Below, piece by piece: positions 16,073 through 25,005 of a DNA stretch of 62,264 bases. Origin of the DNA: a virus; the IMG/VR virus record IMGVR_UViG_3300015078_000002, positions 1 through 62,264 of that record, one strand, 5' to 3'. A program made the position numbers and the translations under genes. Below the pieces are notes generated by a model, which saw only the letters and a program-made list of their open reading frames with translations, was not told where the DNA came from and ran no database searches. Within the stretch, counting starts at the first letter, position 1, and every line of letters begins with the position of its first letter.

Positions 16073-16563
16073 CGCCGCCGCCCTCTGCCGTTGTCGGTCG
16101 GCGGACGCATCGAATATTCGCCCGTCTGCCGCGGATCGGGGTCAGCCGGACGCGATACCGGCTGGCGCGGCGTGGGCGCCCTCGGTACGTCGGGCAGAAT
16201 CGGCGGCAGGTGATGGTCCTCGTAGCGCTGGCGGCCGACCGGAGTCAACTGGTCGGCCCAGTCGTCGGTGAACTGCTGCATGCGCGTGTCGACGATCGCG
16301 ATGCTCTGCCGCAACTCGGCCGTCGACGTCGCGATACCCTGCCTGATCTCCGCCGTGGACTCCGCGAGATCCTGTCGCAGTTCGGTGAACATGGCGGTGC
16401 TCGCGGTCGTGTGCGCGTTGATCCGCTCGCCGAACGTCTCGGTCTTCACGCCGACGCGATCGAGCGACGCGATCAAGCGCTCGCCGATCCGCCACACGAT
16501 AAAGCACAGCACCAGCACGGCGCCGCCCTGGCCGAGGAGTTTCCAGAGTTCGACGTCGTTCAC
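16069..16563 (-). CDS. N-terminally membrane-anchored coiled-coil protein
   Basis: GTG 16563 in a GTGA overlap. NDVELWKLLGQGGAVLVLCFIVWRIG (TM), then repeated TAEIRQGIATSTAELRQ, then a Pro-rich tail. Confidence 0.55.
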   Translation of the reverse strand: MNDVELWKLLGQGGAVLVLCFIVWRIGERLIASLDRVGVKTETFGERINAHTTASTAMFTELRQDLAESTAEIRQGIATSTAELRQSIAIVDTRMQQFTDDWADQLTPVGRQRYEDHHLPPILPDVPRAPTPRQPVSRPADPDPRQTGEYSMRPPTDNGRGRRR

Positions 16564-17780
16564 ATGCCCTCCGCGATGTGCCACGTGGCGATGGCGAACT
16601 GCGTACCCACTGGGGGACTCGTGAACTTGAGCGCCAGGTATTCGCCATTGATCGGAAACGTCGTGTCAAACTGGCCCGGCGACGGTCCGGGGCCACGGAA
16701 CCCATTGGACCAGACCGGGGCGCCCATGCCGTTGGCCGCAGCGAGCACCGTGGGCCCGGCCACCGGCGCGTGCAGATTCTGAAATATGCCAAGTGCCGTA
16801 CGCCGAAGGCTCATGCCTGTTGAGCCCACGGCGAAGTTTGCGCCGGCCAGCGGATTGGCGCCGCCTGTGGTCGGGACGCTCGCGTTGAACCGCTCCAGAA
16901 ACGAGCTGGAGCCGCCTGTCGGCGCGTTGTACGTGCAGTTGACCTCGACGAGTCGGCCAGCATTTCCCACACGCAAGCATGGCATGCGTATGTCGATCGA
17001 GAATGCCGCGGTCATCCTCTGCGCAATGAAGCGATTGACGATCGCGAACTCGCTCCCTGTGTCGACCCAGATGTAATTCGCCGGCAGCGTGCTCGTCGAG
17101 CGGACACGCAGCGGCATCCGCTGATCGTGGATCACCGCCGTGGCGCCGCCGAGATCGTCGAACGTGAATCCGGCCGCCGCGGCGTAGTTCGTGCCGACCA
17201 CCACACCGGCGACCACGACGCAGCCCGCATCCGGCGTTGGGTACGTCGGACTCGCCGCCGGTGTGCCCTGCTTGACGCTGAGCACGCACTGCACCCGGCG
17301 GCGAGTGGTCGGCGTCGTCGACGTCAGCGCGCGCGTGGCGGCGTCCTGGAAGTCGCGCGCGCTGGTCGCGTTGAGATACGACAACGACATCTGCACGAGG
17401 TCGACGCGCGGGTTCGTCGGGTCGCCGTTGGCGATCGTGACCTCGTCGGTGCCGGGAAACGAGTACGCGAGTAGCTTGGGCTCGGTGCCGTCCCGGGCCG
17501 CAATCGCCTGCATCAGCGTCCCGCCGGTGATCTTGATCTTGTTGTTGGCGCTGCCCTGCGTGGGGCGCGCGCCGGCGACGGTCAGCGCGACCGCGTACGG
17601 CATCGTCGTCGGATCAAACGCGGTGTCGAGATCGGGCGTGGCCGCCTCGCGCGGCAGGAGCTCGTAGATCAGCTGGTCGAACAGGACTGCCAACGGGGTC
17701 CCGCTGAGCGATTGCATGTCGGTCAGGTCGATCCCCTCGCCATCCGAGAAGATCGCGCGTGAATACAGATCCGTCGTCAT
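16560..17780 (-). CDS. Baseplate-distal tail protein (406 aa)
   Basis: MTTDLYSRAIFSDGEGIDLTDMQSLSG... Follows the J/gp48-position genes. No family recognised. Confidence 0.6.
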   Translation of the reverse strand: MTTDLYSRAIFSDGEGIDLTDMQSLSGTPLAVLFDQLIYELLPREAATPDLDTAFDPTTMPYAVALTVAGARPTQGSANNKIKITGGTLMQAIAARDGTEPKLLAYSFPGTDEVTIANGDPTNPRVDLVQMSLSYLNATSARDFQDAATRALTSTTPTTRRRVQCVLSVKQGTPAASPTYPTPDAGCVVVAGVVVGTNYAAAAGFTFDDLGGATAVIHDQRMPLRVRSTSTLPANYIWVDTGSEFAIVNRFIAQRMTAAFSIDIRMPCLRVGNAGRLVEVNCTYNAPTGGSSSFLERFNASVPTTGGANPLAGANFAVGSTGMSLRRTALGIFQNLHAPVAGPTVLAAANGMGAPVWSNGFRGPGPSPGQFDTTFPINGEYLALKFTSPPVGTQFAIATWHIAEGM

Positions 17781-18652
17781 GGCACGAGCCTCCGCTCAAC
17801 GATCACCGCGAACCCGGCCGCCTTCTTGGTGCGGATCGCCTCCTCGATGCTGGCTTGCGTTCCGGCGTCGGTGCCGAACGGCAGGATCACCACGATCTTG
17901 AGCGGGCGAGACGACGCGATGCGCCACCCGCGCCCGATGTACGACCGCGCATTGCCGTCGGTGACATTGCCCAGCCCGTCGAGCCGCTGCACCGTCCACG
18001 TCACCGTGGCGTCCGCGCCGGCAACCCCGCCAGCATTCGCGACCACAGCGCCGTTGCCCGCCAGGCTCGTGATGGTCCGCGTGCCGTTGTTCCCCGCGTT
18101 CGCCGCCCCTGCGATGACGAGCCGATGCCCCCGCACAGGGATCACTGCGGGGTCCTGAAACGGCGGCGTGGGCCACGGTAGCGCGGTTGGCGTGAAGGTC
18201 GACACGGTGCCGGTCTGCGCGAACGTCCCGCCCGTGCCGGTCATGGCCGCGTAGGTCCCGATCCACGCGCCATCCCGTGGGAGCTCGAGCATGGCTGCAA
18301 CGCCGACCACGCCCGCGGCAACCAGGATCGCGTTGGCGGCATCGAGGATCGACTGCCGGGTGAGTGCGTCGGGGATCACGCGCAGCCGCTGCTGCAGCAC
18401 GACGTCGCTCTCGCCAGCCTGCCGCGAGGTCCCGCGGTCGCGCGCGTGCTGGTTTAGCCAGTCGGGCGTTGTCGCCGTCGGCCCGGTCGCCGTCGTGATG
18501 AGCGCTTGCCCGAAGAGGTAGTCGAGCTGGGTCCGCGCCATGCCCATCATCTTCGCGGTCGCGGTCAAGATCTCGTCGTGAGCGCGCATCCAGTTGGGCA
18601 GCGCGCCGCGCCCAAAGTCAAAGAGCTCCTGTTCAGCGAGGGTGAGCGCCAT
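17777..18652 (-). CDS. Baseplate protein at the Mu gp48 / P2 gpI position
   Basis: Immediately downstream of the baseplate J-like gene. MALTLAEQELFDFGRGALPNWMRAHDE... Assigned by position only. Confidence 0.5.
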   Translation of the reverse strand: MALTLAEQELFDFGRGALPNWMRAHDEILTATAKMMGMARTQLDYLFGQALITTATGPTATTPDWLNQHARDRGTSRQAGESDVVLQQRLRVIPDALTRQSILDAANAILVAAGVVGVAAMLELPRDGAWIGTYAAMTGTGGTFAQTGTVSTFTPTALPWPTPPFQDPAVIPVRGHRLVIAGAANAGNNGTRTITSLAGNGAVVANAGGVAGADATVTWTVQRLDGLGNVTDGNARSYIGRGWRIASSRPLKIVVILPFGTDAGTQASIEEAIRTKKAAGFAVIVERRLVP

Positions 18653-18655
18653 GGG

Positions 18656-19735
18656 TCACGATATCGTGATCACGCCTGCGCGGATCACCTGGTTGGCGGT
18701 TGGCACCACGTCGGCGAGCGGTGCCGTGAGAATGAGCGCATTGAGCGCGTCGGGGTCGACGCCGATCGCCGCGCTCTTGATCGAGTCCAGGAACAGCGTT
18801 TCGCCCTGGCGTTGCTTGCCCATGCGGCCGGCGATTGCCAGCGCCGCCACGGGCCCGAGCACTGACGTATCGACGCCCGGCTCGGCGATCAGCGTGCCGG
18901 TCACGTTGACGATCAGCGCGGCGCCGCCGATCACGGTGACGATCGATCCCGCCGCGCGCCAGTTCTCGATCTCGGCCACGACGTCAGCGACCATCTGCGC
19001 CGTACTGTTGCCATCGGAGTCGGTCACGACGAGCGTGACGATGCCCGTGATCGGGTCTTCGGTGGCCTTGGCGATCCGCACGCTCGGGACCTGCAGCGCA
19101 CCGAACTCAAGCGCCCCCAGCGTGCCGCGGCGCAGGGTCTGCCAAAAATTGCGCGCCCGCACTCGCAGCTCGTCGTCGGACTCGCCGTCGTTGCCCCCGC
19201 CCGCAACCGCCGCATTCGTGACCGTGACCAGCGACGAGAACGGGGTATCGATCGTCCGCGTAATCTGCCCTGCAGCGACGTTGCCGGCCTTGCCGGCGAT
19301 CTTTGCGGTCACGCCGATCGCGTGCGGCCCGTTGTCGCCGATCCCGAACGTCACATTCCCGTCGGTGGTGTACGTCGACGAGTTGCCGGCCGCATCGAAC
19401 AGCGAACCGACGGCGAACCCGGCCGGGATCGATCCGCCTGCGCCGCCGGCCGTGCGCGCAAACGTCACCGCGGCCTGCGCGAACGTGGGCGGGACCGCTT
19501 CGATGTTCAGGTGATCCGATACCAGCGTGCGCAACGCGTCGCTCTTTGCGCCGTCAATGAACGTGTCCCTGAACGACTGCACCACGAGCCGGATCACCGC
19601 GTCGGCCATCGCACCGGCACCGTGCTCGAGCGCGAGCGTGACATCACCGTCGGCGAACGAGAGAACCGGCAACTGCTCAAGCGCTTCAGCCTCGAACTGG
19701 GCCAGCAGGTCGTCAAAGCTGGGTGCTACGGGCAC
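18656..19735 (-). CDS. Baseplate J-like protein
   Basis: 359 aa. ...AKIAGKAGNVAAGQI...AVAGGGNDGESDDELRVRARNFWQTL... is typical of the gpJ/gp47 family. Confidence 0.75.
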   Translation of the reverse strand: MPVAPSFDDLLAQFEAEALEQLPVLSFADGDVTLALEHGAGAMADAVIRLVVQSFRDTFIDGAKSDALRTLVSDHLNIEAVPPTFAQAAVTFARTAGGAGGSIPAGFAVGSLFDAAGNSSTYTTDGNVTFGIGDNGPHAIGVTAKIAGKAGNVAAGQITRTIDTPFSSLVTVTNAAVAGGGNDGESDDELRVRARNFWQTLRRGTLGALEFGALQVPSVRIAKATEDPITGIVTLVVTDSDGNSTAQMVADVVAEIENWRAAGSIVTVIGGAALIVNVTGTLIAEPGVDTSVLGPVAALAIAGRMGKQRQGETLFLDSIKSAAIGVDPDALNALILTAPLADVVPTANQVIRAGVITIS

Positions 19736-20268
19736 TAGCGGATCTCCACCATCACAGGCATCGGCTGGTCACTGCGCAGCCGGCCCTTTGGTGTCACCGT
19801 CACCGAGATCCTGATCCCCTGACTTCCATCGTCGAGCGGCGTCACGATCGCGGTGTCGACGGTGAGCACACGTGGGTCCTGGAGGTAGTTGGCCCGGATT
19901 CGCGACTCGAGCTCGGCGCGCTTGGCCGGCGTGTTCTGGCCCTTGACGTACTGCCGCGCGCCAACTCCGTAGTTGGGCAGCGTGCGCCACTCGCCCGGGT
20001 TCGTGATGGTTCGCCGGATCAACGACTGCCGCAGCGCCTCGCGGCCCATGACCAGCGTCAAGTCACCGGTCGGCGTGATGACGTAGTTGGCCTCGCCACT
20101 GGCGTCGGGCCGCGAGACATCGAGCCAAATATCGGTGCCGAACAACCCGGCGGTCTGCGCTGCGAGATCCGACGCAGATAGGCCGCTGGCGCTTGTCGCG
20201 CTGTCGCTCGACACTTCATCGACGGCGAATGCCGGCGAAAACGCGTCAGCGAAGGCGCCCGCGGTCAT
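19735..20268 (-). CDS. Baseplate wedge protein W / gp25-like
   Basis: ATG 20268 in an ATGA overlap. ...GREALRQSLIRRTITNPGEWRTLPNYGVGARQYV... resembles the GPW_gp25 core. Confidence 0.6.
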   Translation of the reverse strand: MTAGAFADAFSPAFAVDEVSSDSATSASGLSASDLAAQTAGLFGTDIWLDVSRPDASGEANYVITPTGDLTLVMGREALRQSLIRRTITNPGEWRTLPNYGVGARQYVKGQNTPAKRAELESRIRANYLQDPRVLTVDTAIVTPLDDGSQGIRISVTVTPKGRLRSDQPMPVMVEIR

Positions 20269-21578
20269 CAGAGCACCATCAGCACTCCGCTGCCTCCAGC
20301 CGAACCGTTGCCGCCGTTGCCGCCACCGCCCCCGACTCCGCCCAGGCCGGCCGCGCCGCCGGCAACCGATACGGTATTGGCGTTGCCGTAGCCTTGCAGC
20401 TTCAGGATCAGGATCCCGCCCGCGCCGCCGCCGCCGCCGCCGCCCGAGCCACCGCCTGCACTGCCGCCCGCACCGCCGGCACCGCCTGCACACGTGACTA
20501 TGCCCGGGCCCGTGATCCCCGGGCAGCAGATGTAGCTGTAGCCGCCAGGCGCGCCCCGGCCGCCACCTGGGCCGCTGCCGTTGCCGCCAGCGCCGCCCCA
20601 TGTGCCGAGCGTGTACGGGGTTCCGCCGTAGCTCCGTGCGCTCTCGGCGATCGACGCCGAGCACGGATCCCCGAATCCACCCGCGACGGTCGCGAGCACG
20701 ACCGACGGCGAACTCGACCCCGCATCGCCCTGCAACGTGAACGGTGACGTGTTGCCGCCCGCTCCGCCGCCACCGCCGCGCCCGATCGTCCCGGGTGCCG
20801 TGGCGTTGCCGCCGTTCGATCCGCCGCCGCCCACGCTGGCTCCGCCATTGGCCGCAGCCGACGCTACGAAGCACTGCGGCGCTGTGCTGCTGCTCGTCCC
20901 GCTCGACAGCGTCTGCGGAAAGAGCGCGCCCGCTCCGATCGGCGCCGCCCCGTCTGTGCTGCCCGACGCCGGGCCGCCGGAGCAATCGATCACTCCTGCG
21001 TTTGCGATCGGCGTGCGACAGCGGACCGCCGATCCCGCGATCTTGAGCGTGATCCCCGAGCCGACGGTCAGTGCCGCGGCCTGCACGTTGGTGGTCATCG
21101 TGTAGACCGAACCAGACTTCGATGCCCACGCGACCGTGTTGGTGCCATCGAGCACCGCCGTTCCGTCTCGACCATCGCCGCAGTCACCGGGCAAGACCGC
21201 AGCGATGCCGAGCATGGTCAGAACCTGAGCGATGGTCCCGTCGATCGCGTTCGCCGGCGACCCCGTGTTGTTGATCTTGAACGTGTTGGCGGCCATCTGC
21301 GCGAGCATCGCGTTGGTGATCGCGTTGTTGGTGACCGACGTCGCGACGGCGCCGACGCTCGTCGTGATCGGTCCAGTCAGCGCAGGCATGCGAGCGGCCA
21401 GGAGTGTGCCAGTCGCGAGATCGGCCGCGCTAGCGCTTACTGCCACAGCGGCCAATCCCAGTGCTGTCCTCAGCGCCGCTGCATCGTCGACGACGTGCTC
21501 GTCGTTCCAGTCCGCCGCTTGTATTTGTGCGGCATTCGTACTCGCTGGCAGGGTGGCTGTCCGTGTGTGCTTCAGCAT
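20268..21578 (-). CDS. Glycine-rich tail fibre/spike-associated protein
   Basis: The N-terminus ...IQAADWNDEHVVDDAAALRTALGLAAVA... is typical of fibre N-termini. The C-terminal half is long GGxGG tracts ending ...ILILKLQGYGNANTVSVAGG...VLMVL. Confidence 0.6.
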   Translation of the reverse strand: MLKHTRTATLPASTNAAQIQAADWNDEHVVDDAAALRTALGLAAVAVSASAADLATGTLLAARMPALTGPITTSVGAVATSVTNNAITNAMLAQMAANTFKINNTGSPANAIDGTIAQVLTMLGIAAVLPGDCGDGRDGTAVLDGTNTVAWASKSGSVYTMTTNVQAAALTVGSGITLKIAGSAVRCRTPIANAGVIDCSGGPASGSTDGAAPIGAGALFPQTLSSGTSSSTAPQCFVASAAANGGASVGGGGSNGGNATAPGTIGRGGGGGAGGNTSPFTLQGDAGSSSPSVVLATVAGGFGDPCSASIAESARSYGGTPYTLGTWGGAGGNGSGPGGGRGAPGGYSYICCPGITGPGIVTCAGGAGGAGGSAGGGSGGGGGGGAGGILILKLQGYGNANTVSVAGGAAGLGGVGGGGGNGGNGSAGGSGVLMVL

Positions 21579-21581
21579 CGG

Positions 21582-22172
21582 CTATTGCGCCTTCAGTACA
21601 GTTGTTCCGGCGATGACAGCCGACCCCAGCGGGGTCGCGACCGGCGGCACGCCCGGCACGAACGCCGACAGCGGGCCCGTGGTTGGCGCGCCGCTGGCAC
21701 CGTGGAGATGAGCGCTGTACTTGTTGTCCACGTTCACCACGTCGCTCTTGAGCGCGAGCGAGACCGCACCGCCGTTGCCGTCGTGGACCAGCACCTCGCC
21801 GCGCGTGATCACGATGCGCCCCGCCGCGGGCCCCTGTGCCGTCGGCACCGAGCCGTTCGAGAGCACGTCGGAGATCGTGGGCATGAAGTCGATCTTGCCC
21901 TCTGGGATTATCACCACCACCTCGTCGCCGAGGTCGGGCACGCGCCATAGCGCGGCCGACAGCCGGCACGTCGCCGGCACCTGCGACGGCTGCAGCACGA
22001 CCTCGACGAGCACGTCGGTGTCCGTGATCTCGAAGTGCGGGCCGCCATCGTCGGGCTTGCTGACCACGCCGACCGAGCACCACATCCGCGAGTCGCGGAA
22101 GGCGGCCTTCATATCGGTCAGGTCGAGCCGTTTCACCGCTCGACGCCCGCGATATGGTGCGGTGATTTTCAT
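21582..22172 (-). CDS. Baseplate spike/assembly protein V-like
   Basis: ATG 22172 in an ATGA overlap. ...LWRVPDLGDEVVVIIPEGKIDFMPTI... is an OB-fold-type gpV segment. Position between hub and W. Confidence 0.55.
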   Translation of the reverse strand: MKITAPYRGRRAVKRLDLTDMKAAFRDSRMWCSVGVVSKPDDGGPHFEITDTDVLVEVVLQPSQVPATCRLSAALWRVPDLGDEVVVIIPEGKIDFMPTISDVLSNGSVPTAQGPAAGRIVITRGEVLVHDGNGGAVSLALKSDVVNVDNKYSAHLHGASGAPTTGPLSAFVPGVPPVATPLGSAVIAGTTVLKAQ

Positions 22173-23866
22173 CGGTCCCACCGCTTCTGTTGCGCTGCCT
22201 GGTACGCGGCAGTCCACCCGACGGGCTTGCCGTCAGCCTTGCGCAGCGTCTGCCGCCGCGTCGCGAGCGTGGGCGGTTGCACCGCGCCGCTGTCGGGCCG
22301 GATGCCATCGATCACCATGAAGTCCTGGAGTTCCATTTCGATGCTGACGCCGCTGTCGACGTCGTACTCGATCGTGCCCTCCTTGAAACGCATCGGTCGC
22401 GTGAGTCCCTGAAGGATCGCGTAGTGCTTGACGATCGTCTGCGCAACGCCAGCCTGGAATCCGCGAGCCTCGAGGTGTCGCTGCTTCACCGCTGGGGACA
22501 GCGCCGTGTTCGACAGCATCTCGATGTTGAACTCGTCCCACTCGATCCCCACGGCGTCGCCGGCTGCGATGCTGAGCAGATCGAGCCCGTGCAGATCCTT
22601 CAGGTCTTTGGTCTTCGCGATCACCGTGCGCTCGGCCTTGCCGAGCAGGTGGTAGCGGTTCTCGGCGATCCGCTGCAGCGCCGCCTGGTCCGTGATGCCG
22701 TGTACGTCGACGATCTGATACTCGTCGCGCTCGCGCACCGTCGTCTTGACCTTGCCCCGCTTGCTGATCGAGGTCGACTCCTTGATGTGCGTCTTGAATT
22801 TGAACTTCGCGTTCTTGCCGTGGAGCGCCTTCGAGACGAACACGCCGGACCGGTCGATCTGGTTCGCCGGGAATTCCGCGGTTAGCGTCTTGCCGTGACC
22901 GACGTACGAACGCACCACGATCGTCGGTGCCTGTTCTTTGCCGAGGTGGCGCCGCATCGTCAAGTGCTCAAGGTTTTTGCCCCAGACCATGCGTCGGATC
23001 TTCGACGTGTCTTTGTCCGTGATCGTCTTCGGGCGCGAGATCACGACGTCGAGCCCGTCGACGAAGCAAATGAACCCGTACCGCTCGACGAGTTTGTAGA
23101 TCACATCCCAGTAGCTGGTAGCCTGCTCGACGGAGATCCCGCGCTTGTTGCCGGCGACCTCGAGATTGCCGCCGACCACGGGCAGCGAGGCGACGTCGAT
23201 CCCGCGCACCGCAACGCTCAGCTGGCGGTCCGGGTCAGCCTCTTCGATCAGGTTGTCGACGATGATATCGAGCCGCTTGCCCATCGGGATCCTGCGCGCG
23301 GTACCGCTGGCGTTCGGCGGAAATTGGATCGAGGCCAGAAACGCCGTGTAGTCCTGGCCCTTGATCGTGACCCACTTCCCGCTGTCCGAGAGCTCGATAT
23401 CCACGTCGTCGAACGTTCCGACGATCCGCGGCGGGTTGCCGAGCGTGAACGTGTCGCGCGCGGCGTCGGTGCCCAGCTCGAGTTCGAGCGTGTCGACCGG
23501 CGACCGCGGGCGCACGTTGCCCGGGTCCGCCGCGGTGAACGGGTGCCGCCGATCGACCACACGCTGATCGCCGAGCGACTCGAAGATGAAGATCTCCGCG
23601 GCGCCGGCGCGGATGATCTGCGGGTCGAAGGGCAGATCAAGCACGTCGAAGACCAGTTCGAAGCTGTCGGCCTGCTTGTAGCTGTTGATGTGGACCGTGA
23701 CGTTCTTCGGGATGATCGGGATGACCTGGATCTCCGAGTCCTGCACCGAGGCGCCGAACCCGTCGCAGATCACCTGCAGGATCGCGCGCGCCTGCGGCCG
23801 GAAGATCTTCGCGTGCTCGCGCGGAGCCTCCTCGAACATCATCCCGCCATGACCGAACGCGCTCAC
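22169..23866 (-). CDS. Baseplate hub protein (late control D / Mu gp44 position)
   Basis: 565 aa, between the gp43-position gene and V. Assigned by size and order. Confidence 0.5.
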   Translation of the reverse strand: MSAFGHGGMMFEEAPREHAKIFRPQARAILQVICDGFGASVQDSEIQVIPIIPKNVTVHINSYKQADSFELVFDVLDLPFDPQIIRAGAAEIFIFESLGDQRVVDRRHPFTAADPGNVRPRSPVDTLELELGTDAARDTFTLGNPPRIVGTFDDVDIELSDSGKWVTIKGQDYTAFLASIQFPPNASGTARRIPMGKRLDIIVDNLIEEADPDRQLSVAVRGIDVASLPVVGGNLEVAGNKRGISVEQATSYWDVIYKLVERYGFICFVDGLDVVISRPKTITDKDTSKIRRMVWGKNLEHLTMRRHLGKEQAPTIVVRSYVGHGKTLTAEFPANQIDRSGVFVSKALHGKNAKFKFKTHIKESTSISKRGKVKTTVRERDEYQIVDVHGITDQAALQRIAENRYHLLGKAERTVIAKTKDLKDLHGLDLLSIAAGDAVGIEWDEFNIEMLSNTALSPAVKQRHLEARGFQAGVAQTIVKHYAILQGLTRPMRFKEGTIEYDVDSGVSIEMELQDFMVIDGIRPDSGAVQPPTLATRRQTLRKADGKPVGWTAAYQAAQQKRWDR

Positions 23867-25005
23867 GACGCACCTCGCTCTGGGATGATCAGCGTCTCGC
23901 TGCCAGCCATCACGAATGTTTTGAGCGCATTCCTGTCGTAGATCAGTCGCCAGGCGTGCGCCGTGCCGTAGAACCGCCGCGAGATCCCGTACAAGTGCTC
24001 GCCTGCGCTCGGGCGATACAGCCGCACCGCGTTGGGTTCGGCGTGCTCCGTCATTCCAAGGTCGCCAGCGAGCGCGGTGCCCATCGCGATCCGTGCGGTG
24101 TACCTCAGCGACCGCGACCAGTCCTCGAAGTCGAGCACGCCGATCGCGGTCAGCTGCGCCATGTCGAGATCGGCGCGCACCCGAGAGAGTCGGACGATCA
24201 GCTTGAACGCCTGGCCGCGCGCCGCGCGGAACTGCGTGGCGATCCGCGTGAACACGTTCTCGCCGGTGGCGAGTCCGCGATCGACCACGCCGAGCAGCCG
24301 GTCCGGCGCATTGATGACGCGACCGATCCCACGGTCGATCGATGCCGCCAGCGACTCGCGCGCATCGACCATGCCCACGAGCGATGTGCTCACGTCGTCC
24401 GCGAGCGTGCCCGTCATCGCGTTGCGCGGCGCTCGCTGGTCGGCGTCGAGCGTCGCCTGAACGGCAGTGTCGTGCGCGTCGAGCGAGGTGATGGCGTCGT
24501 TCGGCGTCGTCGGGACGCGCGAGCGGTCAGTCTCGTCGGGCCGGTTGTAGACGTCGATCGTAAACTGGTAGTCGATATCCCAGACCCGCTGCACGTTGCA
24601 GGTCCACTCCGTGATGATTCCTTCGTAGGCGAGGTCGTCGTACTGGACCTTGACGATCGATCCGCGCTCGCACATCGACGTGAAGCGGCGCCACTCGAAC
24701 TTCGCGTAGCCCGGCCCGTTGTAGCGGTCGTCCCACTTGCCCGAGAACGAATGCGGCTTGTGGATCGGCCCGAGCACCTGCGCGCTCGGGATCTTCGCAT
24801 TCGGGTAGTTCGTGCGCACCGTCCGCTGTGCACCGCCGATTCCCCACGGCTTGATCGGACACGCCTTGGCGCCTCCGCCGCGCTGGCCGTCGAACGGGGT
24901 TTTGGCCGTTGAGTCCGCGGTCCACTCGAACAACTCGGCAATGTCGGCGTTCGCCGGATCGCTGCCGTCGTTGATCTCGAGCACGGTGAAAACGCCCTCG
25001 GCCAC
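23863..25005 (-). CDS. Tail protein at Mu gp43 position with C-terminal LysM/gpX-like segment
   Basis: Follows the tape measure. The C-terminus YRPSAGEHLYGISRRFYGTAHAWRLIYDRNAL...LIIPE resembles the LysM / P2 tail protein X motif. Confidence 0.5.
   Translation of the reverse strand: MAEGVFTVLEINDGSDPANADIAELFEWTADSTAKTPFDGQRGGGAKACPIKPWGIGGAQRTVRTNYPNAKIPSAQVLGPIHKPHSFSGKWDDRYNGPGYAKFEWRRFTSMCERGSIVKVQYDDLAYEGIITEWTCNVQRVWDIDYQFTIDVYNRPDETDRSRVPTTPNDAITSLDAHDTAVQATLDADQRAPRNAMTGTLADDVSTSLVGMVDARESLAASIDRGIGRVINAPDRLLGVVDRGLATGENVFTRIATQFRAARGQAFKLIVRLSRVRADLDMAQLTAIGVLDFEDWSRSLRYTARIAMGTALAGDLGMTEHAEPNAVRLYRPSAGEHLYGISRRFYGTAHAWRLIYDRNALKTFVMAGSETLIIPERGAS

Noticed and set aside
13077-21578. 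Diversity-generating retroelement acting on fibre genes
   Set aside because: No reverse transcriptase ORF and no template/variable repeat pair were found. The repeats are internal structural repeats.
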